Shown here: positions 1-13,985 of the stretch, piece by piece | Numbering within the stretch: position 1 is the first letter of the stretch | How the letters are laid out: every line of letters begins with the position of its first letter | DNA from: Chrysomallon squamiferum | Lineage: Eukaryota; Animalia; Mollusca | DNA: 64,000 bases | Assembly (NCBI GenBank): GCA_012295275.1 | Contig: CM022666.1 | Span: 8,432,001 to 8,496,000, forward strand | Direction of reading: 5' to 3' | Program-made: the position numbers and the translations under genes | Notes under the pieces: model-generated | Databases searched by the model: none | Told to the model about the DNA's origin: nothing | What the model saw: only the letters and a program-made list of their open reading frames with translations

Positions 1-430
1 AAGACATTTCCCAACCATTTGTTTGTTTATTTGTTTATTTCTTTCTTTCTTTAACTTCTTTCTTTCTTTCTTTATTTACTTACTTGTTTATTTGTTTATT
101 TTTTATTTTCATTCATTCATTAATTCATTTATTCAATAATTCATTTATTAATTCATTTATTTATTCAATAATTCATTTATGCAGTATCAGAAACACCAGA
201 ACGGCCTAAAATCTCGCCCCAAACGCACAAGGTCTCCCGCAGCGGTGACGTTGCACTGCACAACTCCGACGTTGTTGTTCATCTACCAACTACAGACCAA
301 ACTAATCAGGGTCACAATGGTAATGCTGTTGTTGTTATTATTATTATTATTATTAATATTATTGATATTAGTATTATTATTATTACCCTTATTATTTTAA
401 TTATTTTAATTATTATTTATTTATTTGTTT

Positions 431-463
<33 letters not shown>

Positions 464-700
464 TGTATTTCTTTGGCTATTTGCCAATAACCAACAGTAA
501 CAGGACACCAGACCTGTTGTTAGCAACATGGCATGTAAACACATTACGTACACACTAAACCTTTGTTCCCTATAAATCTCTAATGTATATCCCGAAGAAA
601 AGAGTCGCTGTCGCATATATAATGTACAGTGAATAAATATTTTTAAAAAACCTTGTTGTTATTATTATTATTATTATTATTAATTTTATATCATACTGTA

Positions 701-748
<48 letters not shown>

Positions 749-2115
749 AAAATCATATTTGATAACATAATGTCATACCCTATACTATACCGAACCATAT
801 TAACACACCATATAATCTAATATTCTTCTGTTTTTTTCCTTTCAGGTGAACAACAGAAACAGATCAAAGGAGCTGATATGAAAAACACTCGACTCAATAT
901 CACTGAATCGGGTTTCTACTACATTTACAGCCAGGTTTACTTCAGAATCTTTACAAGCAACGGCATGAAGCTGCCAGGCATCCTGGGTCACCAGGTTTTC
1001 CGCTACAGCGACAACGTTCCCAACGACGGAATAGAAAAGCTGCTGGAGACAGCACAGACCACCACGGAAGATAAAAATCGCAACGTCTATCTTCACAGCA
1101 GCTACGCAGGGGGGGTGTTTAAGCTTGATGGCGGAGACCAGTTGTATGTAATCATATCCCATCCGTCACTTACTAATCTTAAGCTGTCCTTTTTGGGGGT
1201 CATCAAATTGAATATGTGAACCGTATATAGATCGTATATTGTAGTAAAATTAAAATAATTAACAGAAATATTAATAATACTTACAAAAAGTAATAATAAC
1301 AACAGTAACATAGATCAAATTTCAAGTTTTAATGTTAAGTATTTTCAGTATGTTCAGGTATTAAGATCGACTCCCAAAACCTGCAGACAGATAATAATAC
1401 TGTAGAGCTACTTCCACTGGGAAATCCTGCCGCGCTTATTAGGTCTGTGCATTGACTAATGTAAGAGTTGCAGCGTAATGTAATAGGCTACTTAAAAATA
1501 ATAAAAACCATCAATTTCGGTATTAGGCTTTTGCTTCATTTGCATCAGTGTAGAAGCTTAAGCACTAAAAAGAATTTGGTGCCCTCATACATTTGTAAGT
1601 CAAAATATAAACAATAATAAACCATAAATAAAATTTTATTTATCAATAATTCGAAATTAAGCAAAACTTACAGTAAGAAGGAAGAGAACGCTTTATAAAC
1701 AGAACTTATTCATTTTTCATTAAATTTTGAAAATGGCTATAAATTTAATTAAGTAAATAAATTCGGCTAGAAAAAATGTTGAGGTGGCCCTCTTACCCTT
1801 GATGCCCTAAGCACGTGACCCTTGAATGGACAACCCAATCCCCCCCCAAAAAAACAACAAAAAAACAACAACAACAAAACAAGAAACTATATAATTTTCG
1901 GTGAAAATGTCGCTATCGATCGATAACAGCCTGTGTGCGGTAACCGAGTAACCGAACTGGTCGATAACAATCTCCACTGGCCGCACTTTCACATACAAGA
2001 TATAGTGTGATGATAAGGTTTATTTACGTTGGTTGTCACGTGCTTGATTACTGTTATTATGAGGAAGTAGCAGCCCGGTAGAATCAATGCAGTTGGGAGT
2101 CTCAAAAATCCGAAA

Positions 2116-2166
<51 letters not shown>

Positions 2167-2780
2167 TTATATACATAAATAAATGCTAGTAATGAAAAAT
2201 ACATTGTAATAAAGTAAATATTAATGTGTCAAAGTTGATTTCAGATATTCACCTGAGACAGCTTTTAAGTAATAACTGCAGAATGTCACTAGGTAATGCA
2301 GTATTCGGAACACGTTAGAAATACAATTAAAGGAAAACATGTTTCTCATCAGCATAAAGACGCGACGTCGCCTTTCAGAAAGTATTTATTAGCATGAAGC
2401 ACGCGACTGAAGTTCCTTGTCTGTATTGGTTTATGTATGATCCTGGATGAACTGTGTGAGGTATTTGTCAAGTTCTCTTGATGTATAATACTTTATGTGG
2501 AGCGCTCGTCTTAACGTTTTATTGTTGTAAATGTCAGTAAAGTCATAGAAAATAGATACAAAACGATACCAAAGCCCAGTCTAAAAAAATTTTAACTTTC
2601 TTTTTCAATATCAGAGAAGCATGGCGAAAACAGATGGATTAATCTATGACTACTTTTTCATTAAGTAAATTTCTTTTACGTATATACACTACAGATATTT
2701 TATTATATATTTATAACATTCAGACTATCTAGTTTCTATATATAAAATAGAAAAAAGATAAAATAACGACAAATATTAAC
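1..2780 (+). repeat. Segmental duplication, near-identical to 16386-~19180 (unit about 16.4 kb, carries TNF-A)
   Basis: Position 1 (aagacatttcccaacc) matches 16386. Exons, introns and 3' flank align almost base for base apart from microsatellite lengths and a few indels. Confidence 0.95.
185..1219 (+). CDS. TNF-superfamily ligand A1, last two coding exons (185-319, 846-1219); 5' exons lie upstream of the window
   Basis: AG|185, 319|GT and AG|846, phases 1/1. Joined translation ...VVVHLPTT...RLNITESGFYYIYSQVYFR...HSSYAGGVFKLDGGDQLYVII...SFLGVIKL has the TNF homology domain motifs GxYYIYSQVxF, GGVFxLxxGDxLxV and F(F/L)G. Confidence 0.9.
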
Positions 2781-2840
2781 AAATATTGACAATGATCGTG
2801 TTTTTTCGGAATAATCTGTAATGAAAGTTACAGAAGCAGA

Positions 2841-2918
2841 ATAATCATATCCCATCCGTTACTTATTATTCGTGATCCTGACCTGACCTTTTTTGGGGTC
2901 ATCAAATTGAATGGGTAA
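2841..2918 (+). pseudogene. Orphan C-terminal fragment of a diverged TNF-A paralogue, with paralogous 3' flank to about 3570
   Basis: Translates IIISHPLLIIRDPDLTFFGVIKLNG* versus VIISHPSLTNLKLSFLGVIKLNM* in A1/A2. Downstream sequence resembles the A1 3' UTR and flank. No upstream THD sequence is attached. Confidence 0.85.
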
Positions 2919-3298
2919 ACCATTAAATAAATAAGTAAATAAGTAAATAAATAATAAATAATAGTAAAAATAATAAGGAGAAAAGGAAATAATAACAACA
3001 ATAACAAAATAAAATTTCAAATTTTAATGTTAACTATGTAGAGTATGTTACAGATATTAAGACTCCCAGAACCTCATCAAGAAAATTATAGGTGCTACTT
3101 TAACTGGGAAATAATGCCACATTTATAAGGTCAAGGTCGTCCAGCAGTGAAATGATTGGTGTAACAGTTCAAGCGTAAAGAGCTGTTTGCAGTGTTTTGT
3201 TGTTTTTTCCGCTTGTCGACGTTACAAGTTTTGTGTTGTCATTTATATTTTATTATATTGATATTTATATTTTTTATATTTTATATTTTATATTTTTT

Positions 3299-3345
<47 letters not shown>

Positions 3346-4088
3346 AAAAAACATTGTAATAAAGTAAATTTTAATGCGTCAAAGTTGTTTCAGATATTCA
3401 CCTGTTTCAGATATTATCCTTGTCTGTGTTGATTTATGTATTCTGATCGTAGATAAACAGTGTCACATATATTTTAAGTTCTCTTGATGTATAATACTTT
3501 ATGTGGAGTGGTCGTCTTAACGTTTTATTGTTATAAATTTCAATACTGTCATAGAAAATAGATACAAACGATACCTGTCTATCTCTATCTATCTACACAC
3601 ACACACACACGGACACACACACACACACACACACAGACACACACACACACACACACACAGGAAAATAAATTATTCTTTTTATCTTCAATGCAGGGACAGA
3701 TCTAATCACCTCTGCAGGGAAGTATCCATATATTTTATTACCTTATTGCACTATTTACTATTTTTATGTGTTATATTTCTAATTTACTTTTATGCAGTAT
3801 TGGAATTTTTATATGAAATTAACAAAACAAAAAATATATATATATATTAATAATAATGAAAAATATATATAAACAAATAAAATGAAATTAGAATAAAAAT
3901 AAAAATAAACAGAAAAAAAAAAAAAAAATAATAATAAAAAATGTTAATTGTTATTACTTTAGTTCATGGTTCAAATCATAATTTTTCTCGTTATGAAAAC
4001 ATTTTCACAAAACAAAAAAAAAAAAAAATTAAAAAAAAAAATTAAAAAAAAAAAAAAAAAAAAAAAAATAATCAATAATAATAAAAAA

Positions 4089-4149
<61 letters not shown>

Positions 4150-6356
4150 CTACTACTACTACTACTAATAATAATAATAATAATATATTTATTTTATATC
4201 CGTTTTAAGAACACCATGACATTTAATATAACTCACACAACAAATGTGACTTTGAGAGGCGAGGTTAAAACTACATGCATGAAAAACGCTATCAATACAA
4301 CGCAGGTGTTCGTATTTGTTTGTTAGAAACGAGACCTGGACTTCGTTCAAAATTTTATTTCATCTTGAAATGTGCTGTGTTGTTGTCAGATAATACCTGG
4401 GTTTTTCCTTGGCAAGTCAAAAGATCAGTTACGTAAGATACCTAAGGGGGTTTTCCAGTAAACTTGCAAGGGATGATCACATTAAAAAGTGGTACCTCTT
4501 TGATGCGGTACCAGAACTGTTGAATGAGTTTTCCTTGTCTCAGTTTTCTTTTTTTAAAATTAAAGTTGCTTTAATCAACTGGTTTTTAAATGTATCTGTA
4601 AAAATGTATTTTTAATATAACCATGCAGATATATCAATCAGGTAAAAAAAGCTCTGTTGTGAAATGCCCCATAGTTTTTGTTTTTATTTCTTGTAAATTA
4701 TTTTTGTAAATCATGTTTTGTAAACTGTACCATTGACAGTAAAATTAAAGTAAAAATAAAGAATAAAAAACAAAAATATTTACCTGGTTTTGTTTATGTT
4801 GTTCTGTATTAAATTCTGCATATGCTGATTTATATTGATTTATAATGCTTTTAAATGTTGCTGAAAAAGACGGAATTTTCCGACATTGTTTTTGTTCTCT
4901 TGATATAACTGACATCTTCTAACTTGCATAGATTGTTTTTAATGTAAGAAATTATCACTGAAACGTTTGACACAATAAAAACAGTTTAGAGTTTTGCAAG
5001 CGGCCTCTGTTTAGTCAAAATAATACGATGATTGAAAATCTGTTATTATTATGCAACCATTTAGATAGTTTCTTGTCTGAGTTTTATTAACACAGGCACG
5101 ATCCTGTCGTTAACGACGTCGTTTATTAAAGTATTCTGTAACCAAGCACGACATGCTCTGCGCATTCTGCGTACTTCATGAAAAATAAAAAATTTAAAAA
5201 ACGAAAGCTAATAATCTCCAGCATCATCTACTAACAGTTCCCGGTTATGAAATTTTGGTCTTCGTTTTTTGGACAATATTCTTTAATTTGTCAGCCATGA
5301 TTACTTTGTAAAAGACTATTAGTCCATGAGATAAGACAAATTTTGATACCAAACAGATCCAGTATGGATATGGGTAAAATAGATCCAGTAAGTATATGGG
5401 GAAAAAACAACAACCGACATTTGACTAAATTTACCTGGTTTTGTTTATGTTGTTCTATATAAAATTCTGCATATGCTGATTTATAGTTATTTATAATGCA
5501 TTTACTAAAATCAGTAAATGCTGTCGAGAAATGCGGAATTTTCCGACTGTATATTCGACAAGTGAGATGAATTAATCGATACTGTTTATATATGTATATT
5601 AGAATGTATGTATTCATGAGTGTGTGCATGTGTGTGTGCGTGTGTTTATATGTCTCTGTGTATGTGTGTGTGATTATTCGTCATTAATGTAAGCATCCAT
5701 TCTGCATATTTTATAAATTTCTGTGGAAAATATTTAATTTAAAAAAAATAAAAAAAATAATAATAATAATAATAATAATAGTTGTTTTTTTTTTTGTTAA
5801 GAAAAGATTGCTAATAATCATAATAAAAAATGAGGTATGACTAACACGGTTTCATACGAGTACAGCTTTTCAAATTCGTCCGGGACACGTGACTAGGCGG
5901 TGTCGTTTTCGAAGAAACGCAAACGAGTCATAATAATAAATATGAATCCTAGGAAAAAACATTTTTTCGAACCAGTTGTTAGGTCTTTTATTTCTGTTTT
6001 GAAAAGAAATTTTAGCCTTCTTGCTTTTTTGTACTCAGTTTGTTTAATGTTTCACAAGAAAACGAATGCCGCTTGGCGTTCTGTTATGTAGTAATAGTTC
6101 ACATAACAGGCAAGTGAAAAGCCGAGGAATAATTGTACAGCAAAATGAACTGTGTGATATCAAATAAAAACTCCGACATTTTCAAATGTGAAAGTCACTT
6201 CTTGATCTCTCTCACGTTACGATGCATACTTTCTGTGTTAACAACAGACAATCCAGTGTCTCTGGGTTTTTCAATAGTTCTGTATATTTTCATATTTTTA
6301 TTTCTTAGTCTTGTTCGAGGGGAAAGGGAAAGTTAAAATTTCCAAATATTTTGCCG

Positions 6357-6415
<59 letters not shown>

Positions 6416-6453
6416 AATTATTATTATTTTATTTATTTATTTATTTATTATTA

Positions 6454-6524
<71 letters not shown>

Positions 6525-6981
6525 ACAGTAAACCTCACCTAAGTCGTCAACTTAGCGAAAGTCCTGATTTTCTGTAACGTTATTTCCAATAAAATATCCT
6601 AGTCTAAGTCGTCAAATCTAAGTTGTCCCCTTACTTGGGAGAAACACAAAGCGCAGTTAATTTCTAGCTCTAAGTCATCAGTAGAAAGTACCTCGGCACC
6701 TACTTTTATTGATAATCACGTGACATGCATGTGTATGGGTAGGTTGAATTAACATATTATTTAGGGAAGCTCACGATAGTGACTTTTCAGAGTACAAAAT
6801 GGCGACTAGCGGAACAGACGGCTAATAATCAATTCTTTAAAACGATACATGAAATAATCAAGTTTTGTGAAGCCAACCCTAGCGGTAAAACGGGTCTGAG
6901 GGCGGAGATATTTACTGGGTATTTTTGTTTGTTTGTTGTTTTTTTTTTCTATTTTCTTGATGTCTTTTACTCATGCGCGTA

Positions 6982-7036
<55 letters not shown>

Positions 7037-7302
7037 GTTTTTATTTTCAATGTTTCTAATGGGGTAATTGTGTATTTTGGTTGTAATTGTAATTTTTGTT
7101 TTTATGTGTCTAAATTCTTCTACGTAATGAAAACCAAGGAGGTAAATAAATAAAAAAAAAGAAAGTTTACAGCCAGAGTTTATGAAGCGGTTTATTTCCT
7201 TATAGGTTAAAACCATCTAACTATAGTTATTTTTATTAACAAACCAGGAGAGTTGAATTACCCAGCAGTACGCATGCGCATGAATAACATTATTATCGCG
7301 GG

Positions 7303-7491
7303 TATAAATACACAGGCTGAACGTCATATCAGCTTTTATAGCAGTATTACAGAAACTGACGTTTTGCTTTTTTAGGCGCCGATTTCTGGATAGCGTTCAC
7401 GACCTGTGGAAAAGGGTGTGGAGCTGAATTTTAATTTGTGGAAAATAAAAACATTGCAGTCATCGATTATTGCAAGAAAACGATCGAAAAG
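7303..7491 (+). promoter_or_regulatory. TATA box and putative non-coding first exon (copy a) of TNF-A2
   Basis: TATAAATA at 7303-7310, then a GC-richer segment ending in donor AAAG|GTAAAT (7491/7492). The first coding exon of A2 starts at an acceptor (13963) upstream of its ATG, so a 5' UTR exon is expected. Confidence 0.55.
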
Positions 7492-8239
7492 GTAAATAAT
7501 TTGAATTTTGCTTTTGAATTCATTACATTCTTTGTCCTATTTTCGTCGGCTATGCTAACAAAGACTTTACACTGTTGTTAGTTGCATTTGTCACCATTGT
7601 TACAGAAGAAACAGTTGTTGTTGTACCAGCAGTCCTGGGGATTATGCAAATGAGATAGTCGTGGTAACAGAAAGATACATGTAAACACAAAATGTTGCAC
7701 ACATTGCAATCTCGAATATACAAAAACTAATTAGACACTGGTAGTGGTAGTAGTAGGAGCAGTAGTAGTAGCAGTTAGGTAGTCGGAGGAGGAGCAGTAG
7801 TAGTAGTAGGTATATTAGTGGAATTGTTATAATAGTTTGGTTACAATAGTAGAAAAAATATTTTTAATAAAAATAGTTCACTGAAGAAACGATCAATCAT
7901 CAATTAACCAGGAATAAAAAATCTGACATTTTTGTTTTAATCGTTCACGGATGACTAGAAAAATTTCTTTCTTCCTCCTAAACTTTAATCACAATTGTTA
8001 TCTATGTGTACTTCAAGACAAAATATTTTGATTATGCACAAAACATTACTAAGTTTGTTTAAATTATTCTTCATATTAGTTTGACATTAAAGAGCATTTT
8101 CAAGTTATGAAGTTTATAATTGATTTTTGATTATATTCAACACTGTTAGAGAATCTGAAAAACTTTCTTTCATTTAATACTGCTACAGTTGTGATACCAT
8201 TTAACAATTAATAATGGTTATGTAACATGTGTGGTTGTC

Positions 8240-8289
<50 letters not shown>

Positions 8290-8542
8290 GTCGTGTGCCT
8301 CGAAAATAACCAACGAAATCGGTAGTAAATTATAAGAGGGAACATTTAAAATTCAGATAAAGAACCAAAACCAAAATGATACCCCCCAAAAATATAATAA
8401 TAATAATAAAAAAAAAAAAAAAAAAAAATTATAAATAAATAAAAAGAAAAACAAAACAAAAACAAAAAAAACAACAACAAAAAATAAATAATAATAATAA
8501 TGAAATAAATAATGCATGTCGTAATTAAAGGAAATTTAAAAC

Positions 8543-8552
8543 GGGAGTTTCC
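8543..8552 (+). promoter_or_regulatory. NF-kappaB consensus site GGGAGTTTCC (second copy at 11703-11712)
   Basis: Exact fit to GGGRNWYYCC in the putative first intron of a TNF gene. Function is inferred only. Confidence 0.4.
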
Positions 8553-9005
8553 GGACGGGTATATGATGTCACTTCTCTGTTATTTTTCCTTTCAACTGTG
8601 AAACTTATTCAATTTAAAGTCTGAGTCATGGTTTATTCCAAGAAATTCACAAACTGAAAGTTGCTTGTAGTTCACAACTATCAAACACACATAATAATAC
8701 AGCAGATAATATTTATTTAATCTCTGTTTATTTATTTTTTATTTTATGTTTATTTATTTATGTATTCATTCATTTTGTTTAATATTTCATTATTCAACTT
8801 GTTTAAGATCTGTGAAGCGAGCTTTGTTTACTTTCCTGTGTCTGTTTTTCTACAGTTCAGTATAGTTTAGCATTTGAAAGGTTGCTTTCCACTCATGTTC
8901 ATTATCACTATTTTTTTTTTTTTTGACGATGGAAACTAAAATATCATTCATTTTTTTTTTATTTCATTTTATTTTTTTTGTCGTTTCTTCTTCTTCATCT
9001 TCGTC

Positions 9006-9044
<39 letters not shown>

Positions 9045-10393
9045 TTATTATTTTAATTATTATTTATTTATTTGTTTATTATTGCTATTATTATTTTTAT
9101 TTTTATTATTATTTATTTATTTATTTGTTTATTATTTTTTTCTTCACTATTTCCAATAATAATTGCATGGGGTAATTGTATTTTTTGCTTTGTAGTTGTT
9201 TTAATTATATTTTTGTGTCTAAATTCCTCTATTAATAAAGATCAAGGAAGTAAATAATAAGAACGAGAAAGAGTCGAGAGGAAAAATCAAAAAGAAGGAA
9301 GAATAAAGAAAAGAATATTTCCTGGTTTTATTCCGAAAAACTTACAAACTGAAACTCGCCAGTAGTTCACGACTGAATGATACAAATTATCTTTATTTAA
9401 TCTTTGTTTATTTATTTATTTATTTGATGTTTATTTATTTATGTATTCATAAAACAATGTTTAATATTCCCTTATTCAACTTCTTTAAGATCTACTTAAG
9501 TAAATTTATTTGTATAAGTGAAGTGAGCTTTTGTTGTTGTCTTTTTAAACCAGTAAATAATTAATACATATATAAAGACAATGCAAATAAATAAATAAAT
9601 AAATATGTGAATAAATAAATAAATATGTGAATAAATAAGTGAATATATAATTATTAAAATGAATAAATAAATAAATGAATGAATGAATGAATAAATAAAG
9701 GCTTATGAAAAATATTTAAGTAATATCGTTAGATGCAGACATTTAAATTTAAAAATACAAATAACAAACGCTCAAAAACCCATCACTTCAGACTCGAAAT
9801 AATCGTTTGTTTCTAGTCGCAGTTGACTCAGCCATTTTTTATTCAAGTCGCTCTCAAGTTTAACATTTAAAGTGTCTCGAACGCGCTCGTCCAATCAAAA
9901 GCCCCGCATCCGAGCTGCTTGCTTCACTGAGTTCAGTCGTTAGAGATCGTTCCACTGCATGGCTCCACCAGAGGAAAACACATGCTCAGTGCCTAAATTT
10001 CGGTTTTTTGTAGTGATGCCATTTACAGCCAGAGTATTTACACCTTTGTTGCAGACACATCTCTGACTTAAACTGACAACATGGCCATACACGATATTTA
10101 GCAAACAACACATACAGTCACGTGATTAATTAAATTTTTTGTTTATGACGGAAATGTGAGCAATTTAATTCCTTATAGGTTAAAACCAGTTACTTGTCTA
10201 GTTACAGTTATTGTTAGGAGTAATTAGTACAAACAGCACAAATATACATAGTTTATGCTTTAAAAAACTCTTTAAATAAACCATTTATTCATTTATTTTA
10301 CCTTATTCATGTTACATTAAAAAAAAAGGTTACTAGAATTTCACAGCAAAGGACATGCGCAGTAGAACGTGAAGTGACTTTATCGCGAGAATA

Positions 10394-10496
10394 TGGTATG
10401 GAGAACTCTTTTTACGTGCCCACGTCCAATTCAAGGTTCGGGCACGCCTATCCCGGATCCGATCTCTGGGATCGCCAGGGATGGGTTCCGGGACTA
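10394..10496 (-). mobile_element. 103-bp 5'-truncated retroposon (SINE/LINE 3' end) with 12-bp target-site duplication
   Basis: ATCGCGAGAATA at 10382-10393 and 10497-10508. The insert is absent at the homologous site near 7296. It is GC-rich with stems CGTGCCC/GGGCACG and TCCCGGA/TCCGGGA, and ends in a CCATA-type tail on the minus strand. Confidence 0.7.
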
Positions 10497-11405
10497 ATCG
10501 CGAGAATAAATACACACTGAACGTCATATCAGCTTTTATAGAAGTATTACAGAAACAGACATTTTGCTTTTTTAGGCGCCGATTTCTGGATAGCGTTCCT
10601 GACCTGTGGAAAAGGGTGTGGAGCTGATTTTTAATTTGTGGAAAATAAAAACATTGCAGTCATCGATTATTGCAAGAAAACGATCGAAAAGGTAAATAAT
10701 TTGAATTTTGCTTTAGAATTCATTACATTCTTTGTCCTATTTTCGTCGGCTATGCTAACAAAGACTTTACACTGTTAGTTGCATTTGTCACCATTGTTAC
10801 AGAAGAAACAGTTGTTGTTGTACCAGCAGTCCTGGGGATTATGCAAATGAGATAGTCGTGGTAACAGAAAGATACATGTAAACACAAAATGTTGCACACA
10901 TTGCAATCTCGAATATACAAAAACTAATTAGACACTGGTAGTGGTAGTAGTAGGAGCAGTAGTAGTAGCAGTTAGGTAGTCGGAGGAGGAGCAGTAGTAG
11001 TAGTAGGTATATTAGTGGAATTGTTATAATAGTTTGGTTACAATAGTAGAAAAAATATTTTTAATAAAAATAGTTCACTGAAGAAACGATCAATCATCAA
11101 TTAACCAGGAATAAAAAATCTGACATTTTTGTTTTAATCGTCCACGGATGACTAGAAAAATTTCTTTCTTCCTCCTAAACTTTAATCACAATTGTTATCT
11201 ATGTGTACTTCAAGACAAAAGTTTGTTAAATTATTCTTCATATTAGTTTGACATTAAAGAGCATTTCAAGTTATGAAGTTTATAATTGATTTTTGATTAT
11301 ATTCAACACTGTTAGAGAATCTGAAAAACTTTCTTTCATTTAATACTGCTACCTTTGTGATACCATTTAACAATTAATAATGGTTATGTAACATGTGTGG
11401 TTGTC

Positions 11406-11461
<56 letters not shown>

Positions 11462-13289
11462 GTGTGCCTCGAAATAACCAACGAAATCGGTAGTAAATTA
11501 TAAGAGGGAACATTTAAAATTCAGATAAAGAACCAAAACCAAAATGATACTCCCCCCCAAAAAAATAATAATAATAATAATTAAAAAAAATTATATAAAT
11601 AAATAAAAAGAAAAACAAAACGAAACAAAAAATAACAACAAAACATAATAATAATAATAATGAAATAAATAATACATGTCGTAATTAAAGGAAATTTAAA
11701 ACGGGAGTTTCCGGACGGGTATATGATGTCACTTCTCTGTTATTTTTCCTTTGAACTGTGAAACTTATTCAATTTAAAGTCTGAGTCATGGTTTATTCCA
11801 AGAAATTCACAAACTGAAAGTTGCTTGTAGTTCACAACTATCAAACACACATAATAATACAGCAGATAATATTTATTTAATCTCTGTTTATTTATTTTTT
11901 TATTTTATGTTTATTTAGTTATGTATTCATTCATTTTGTTTAATATTTCATTATTCAACTTGTTTAAGATCTGTGAAGCGAGCTTTGTTTACTTTCCGTG
12001 TCTGTTTTTCTACAGTTCAGTATAGTTTAGCATTTGAAAGGTTGCTTTCCACTCATGTTCATTATCACTATTTTTTATTTTTTTGACGATGGAAACTAAA
12101 ATTTCGGGGGGTTTTGGGTTTTTTTTGGTCGTTCATTTTTTTTTATTATTTCTTCTTTATTATCTTCCTTATTATTATTATTATTCTTATTACTTATTAT
12201 TATTATTATTTTTTATTATTATTTATTTATTTATTTTTTTATTATTATTATTATTTTTATTTTATTTATTTATTTATTTGTTTATTTATATTATTATTAA
12301 TTTTTTTTTTTTTCTTCACTATTTCCAATAATAATTGCATGGGGTAATTGTATTTTTTTGCTTTGTAGTTGTTTTAATTATATTTTTTTGTATTACCGTA
12401 ATTTTAATTATATTTATGTGTCTAAATTCCTCTATTATTAAAGATCAAGGAAGTAAATAAGTAAGAACGAGAAAGAGACGAGAGGAAAAATCAAAAAGAA
12501 GGAAAAATAAAGAAAACAAATAATTTCCTGGTTTTATTCCGAGAAACTTACAAACTGAAACTCGCCAGTAGTTCATGATTGAATGAAACAAATTATCTTT
12601 ATTTAATCTTTATTTGTTTATTTATTTGATGTTTATTTATTTATGTATTCATTAAGAAAATACTTAATAAATTTTCATTTGTTTAAGATCTAGCTTTTGT
12701 TTATTTTTATAAACCAGTAAATTTTAATTGTCTATTTAAACCACAAAAATAAATAAATAAATCAATAAATATATATGTGATTAAATAAATCAATAAATAT
12801 ATAAGTGAATAAATAAGTGAATATATAATTATTAAAATGAATAAATAAATAAATGAATGAATGAATAAATAAAGGCTTATGAAAAATATTTATGTAATAT
12901 CGTTAGATGCAGACATTTAAGTTTAAAAATACAAATAACAAACGTTCAAAAACTTACCATTTCAGACTCGAAATAATCCTTTGTTTGTAGTCGCAGTTGA
13001 CACAGCCATTTTTTATTCAAGTCGCTCTCAAGTTTAACATTTAAAGTGTCTCGAACGCGCTCGTTCAATCAAAAGCCCCGCATCCGAGATGCTTGCTTCA
13101 CTGAGTTCAGTTGTTAGAGATCGTTCCACTGCATGGCTCCACCAGAGGAAAACACATGTTCAGTGCCTAACTTCAGTGTGTCATTCCTTTGATCTCTCCC
13201 GTCTTGTAAGGGTAACAGCTGATTTGCTCCGGCAGTGAATGGGGAGAATAAAGGTGCGGCTTCTTTGCTTGTTTGCCATTGTGAGGCTC

Positions 13290-13732
13290 TTATACACAAT
13301 CAGAATCCATAAACTGCAATCTGAATATGAATCAAGAATCCTTATGTGCCAGTCTCGTTGATGTCGTCATGTCAGTTGTAGTGACGGCTGTCAATTCCAT
13401 ACTTTCTCACAGTCTGAAACATCGGCAGGTACTGATGGACGAAGTCACTGCGCACTACGGTGACCTTTTCTGAAGTGCGCTGGCTGAATCATGCAGCTGT
13501 GCTGTCTCGCGTATGGGAGCTGCAACAAGACGTTTTCGCCTTTCTTCACCAGAAAAACCTCCCTTATGCTGATAATTTTACAGACTCAAAGTGTCTTGCC
13601 CGCCTGGCTTTTCTCTCGGATATCACCACACACCTCAACACTCTTAATGTCCCACTTGAAATCCCAGCGTATGATTCTCCAGCTTCCTCGCAGATGGAGT
13701 TGGTAGATATGCAGTTCAATTATGAATTATGA
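13290..13732 (+). pseudogene. Decayed hAT (Charlie/SPIN/GTF2IRD2-like) transposase fragment
   Basis: EVRWLNHAAVLSRVWELQQDVFAFL...LARLAFLSDITTHLNTLN resembles the EVRWLSRG...LAFLxDIxxHLNxLN blocks of Charlie-type transposases. Upstream QESLCA-like motif is in another frame; internally deleted. Confidence 0.8.
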
Positions 13733-13787
13733 GAGCGAGAGAGAGAAAGAGAGATTAAAGAGACAACACGTGTGTGGAAAAAAAAAT

Positions 13788-13867
<80 letters not shown>

Positions 13868-13985
13868 TAAATCAAAATTAATTAAATAAAAAGATAATTT
13901 GTGTGTATGTGCACATAAATGTTAAGCATTCAGTTTTGTCCAAGGCTTTTTTTTATTTTCAGTGTATTTTATTTTGCTACAACTG

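Larger units (their letters stand above)
7315..13170 (+). repeat. Tandem duplication, period about 3.2 kb (7315-~9995 vs 10515-~13170), covering the putative first exon and start of intron 1 of TNF-A2
   Basis: Direct alignment, e.g. cgatcgaaaaggtaaataat at 7481 and 10681, and gggagtttcc at 8543 and 11703. Confidence 0.95.

Noticed and set aside
179-400. 73-aa ORF MQYQKHQNG... (also 16565-16789)
   Set aside because: Wrong frame over TNF-A exon 3 running into an (ATT)n repeat; the spliced frame is VSETPERPK...
842-1162. 106-aa antisense ORF (also 17260-17580)
   Set aside because: Shadow of the TNF THD exon on the opposite strand.
4780-5550. ~110-bp direct repeat (4780-4890 vs 5430-5550), and another at ~14420-14900
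   Set aside because: Ordinary local duplications with no termini, ORF or motif suggesting function.
10394-10496. Structured insert as a ribozyme or Helitron end
   Set aside because: No hammerhead or HDV core could be identified by eye, and the 12-bp TSD argues against a Helitron.
3966-12347. Many short ORFs with poly-I/L/N/K runs (and similar ones at 45235-48631, 57845-60682)
   Set aside because: Translations of (AAT)n, (TAG)n, (CA)n and (GA)n microsatellites; no coding signal.
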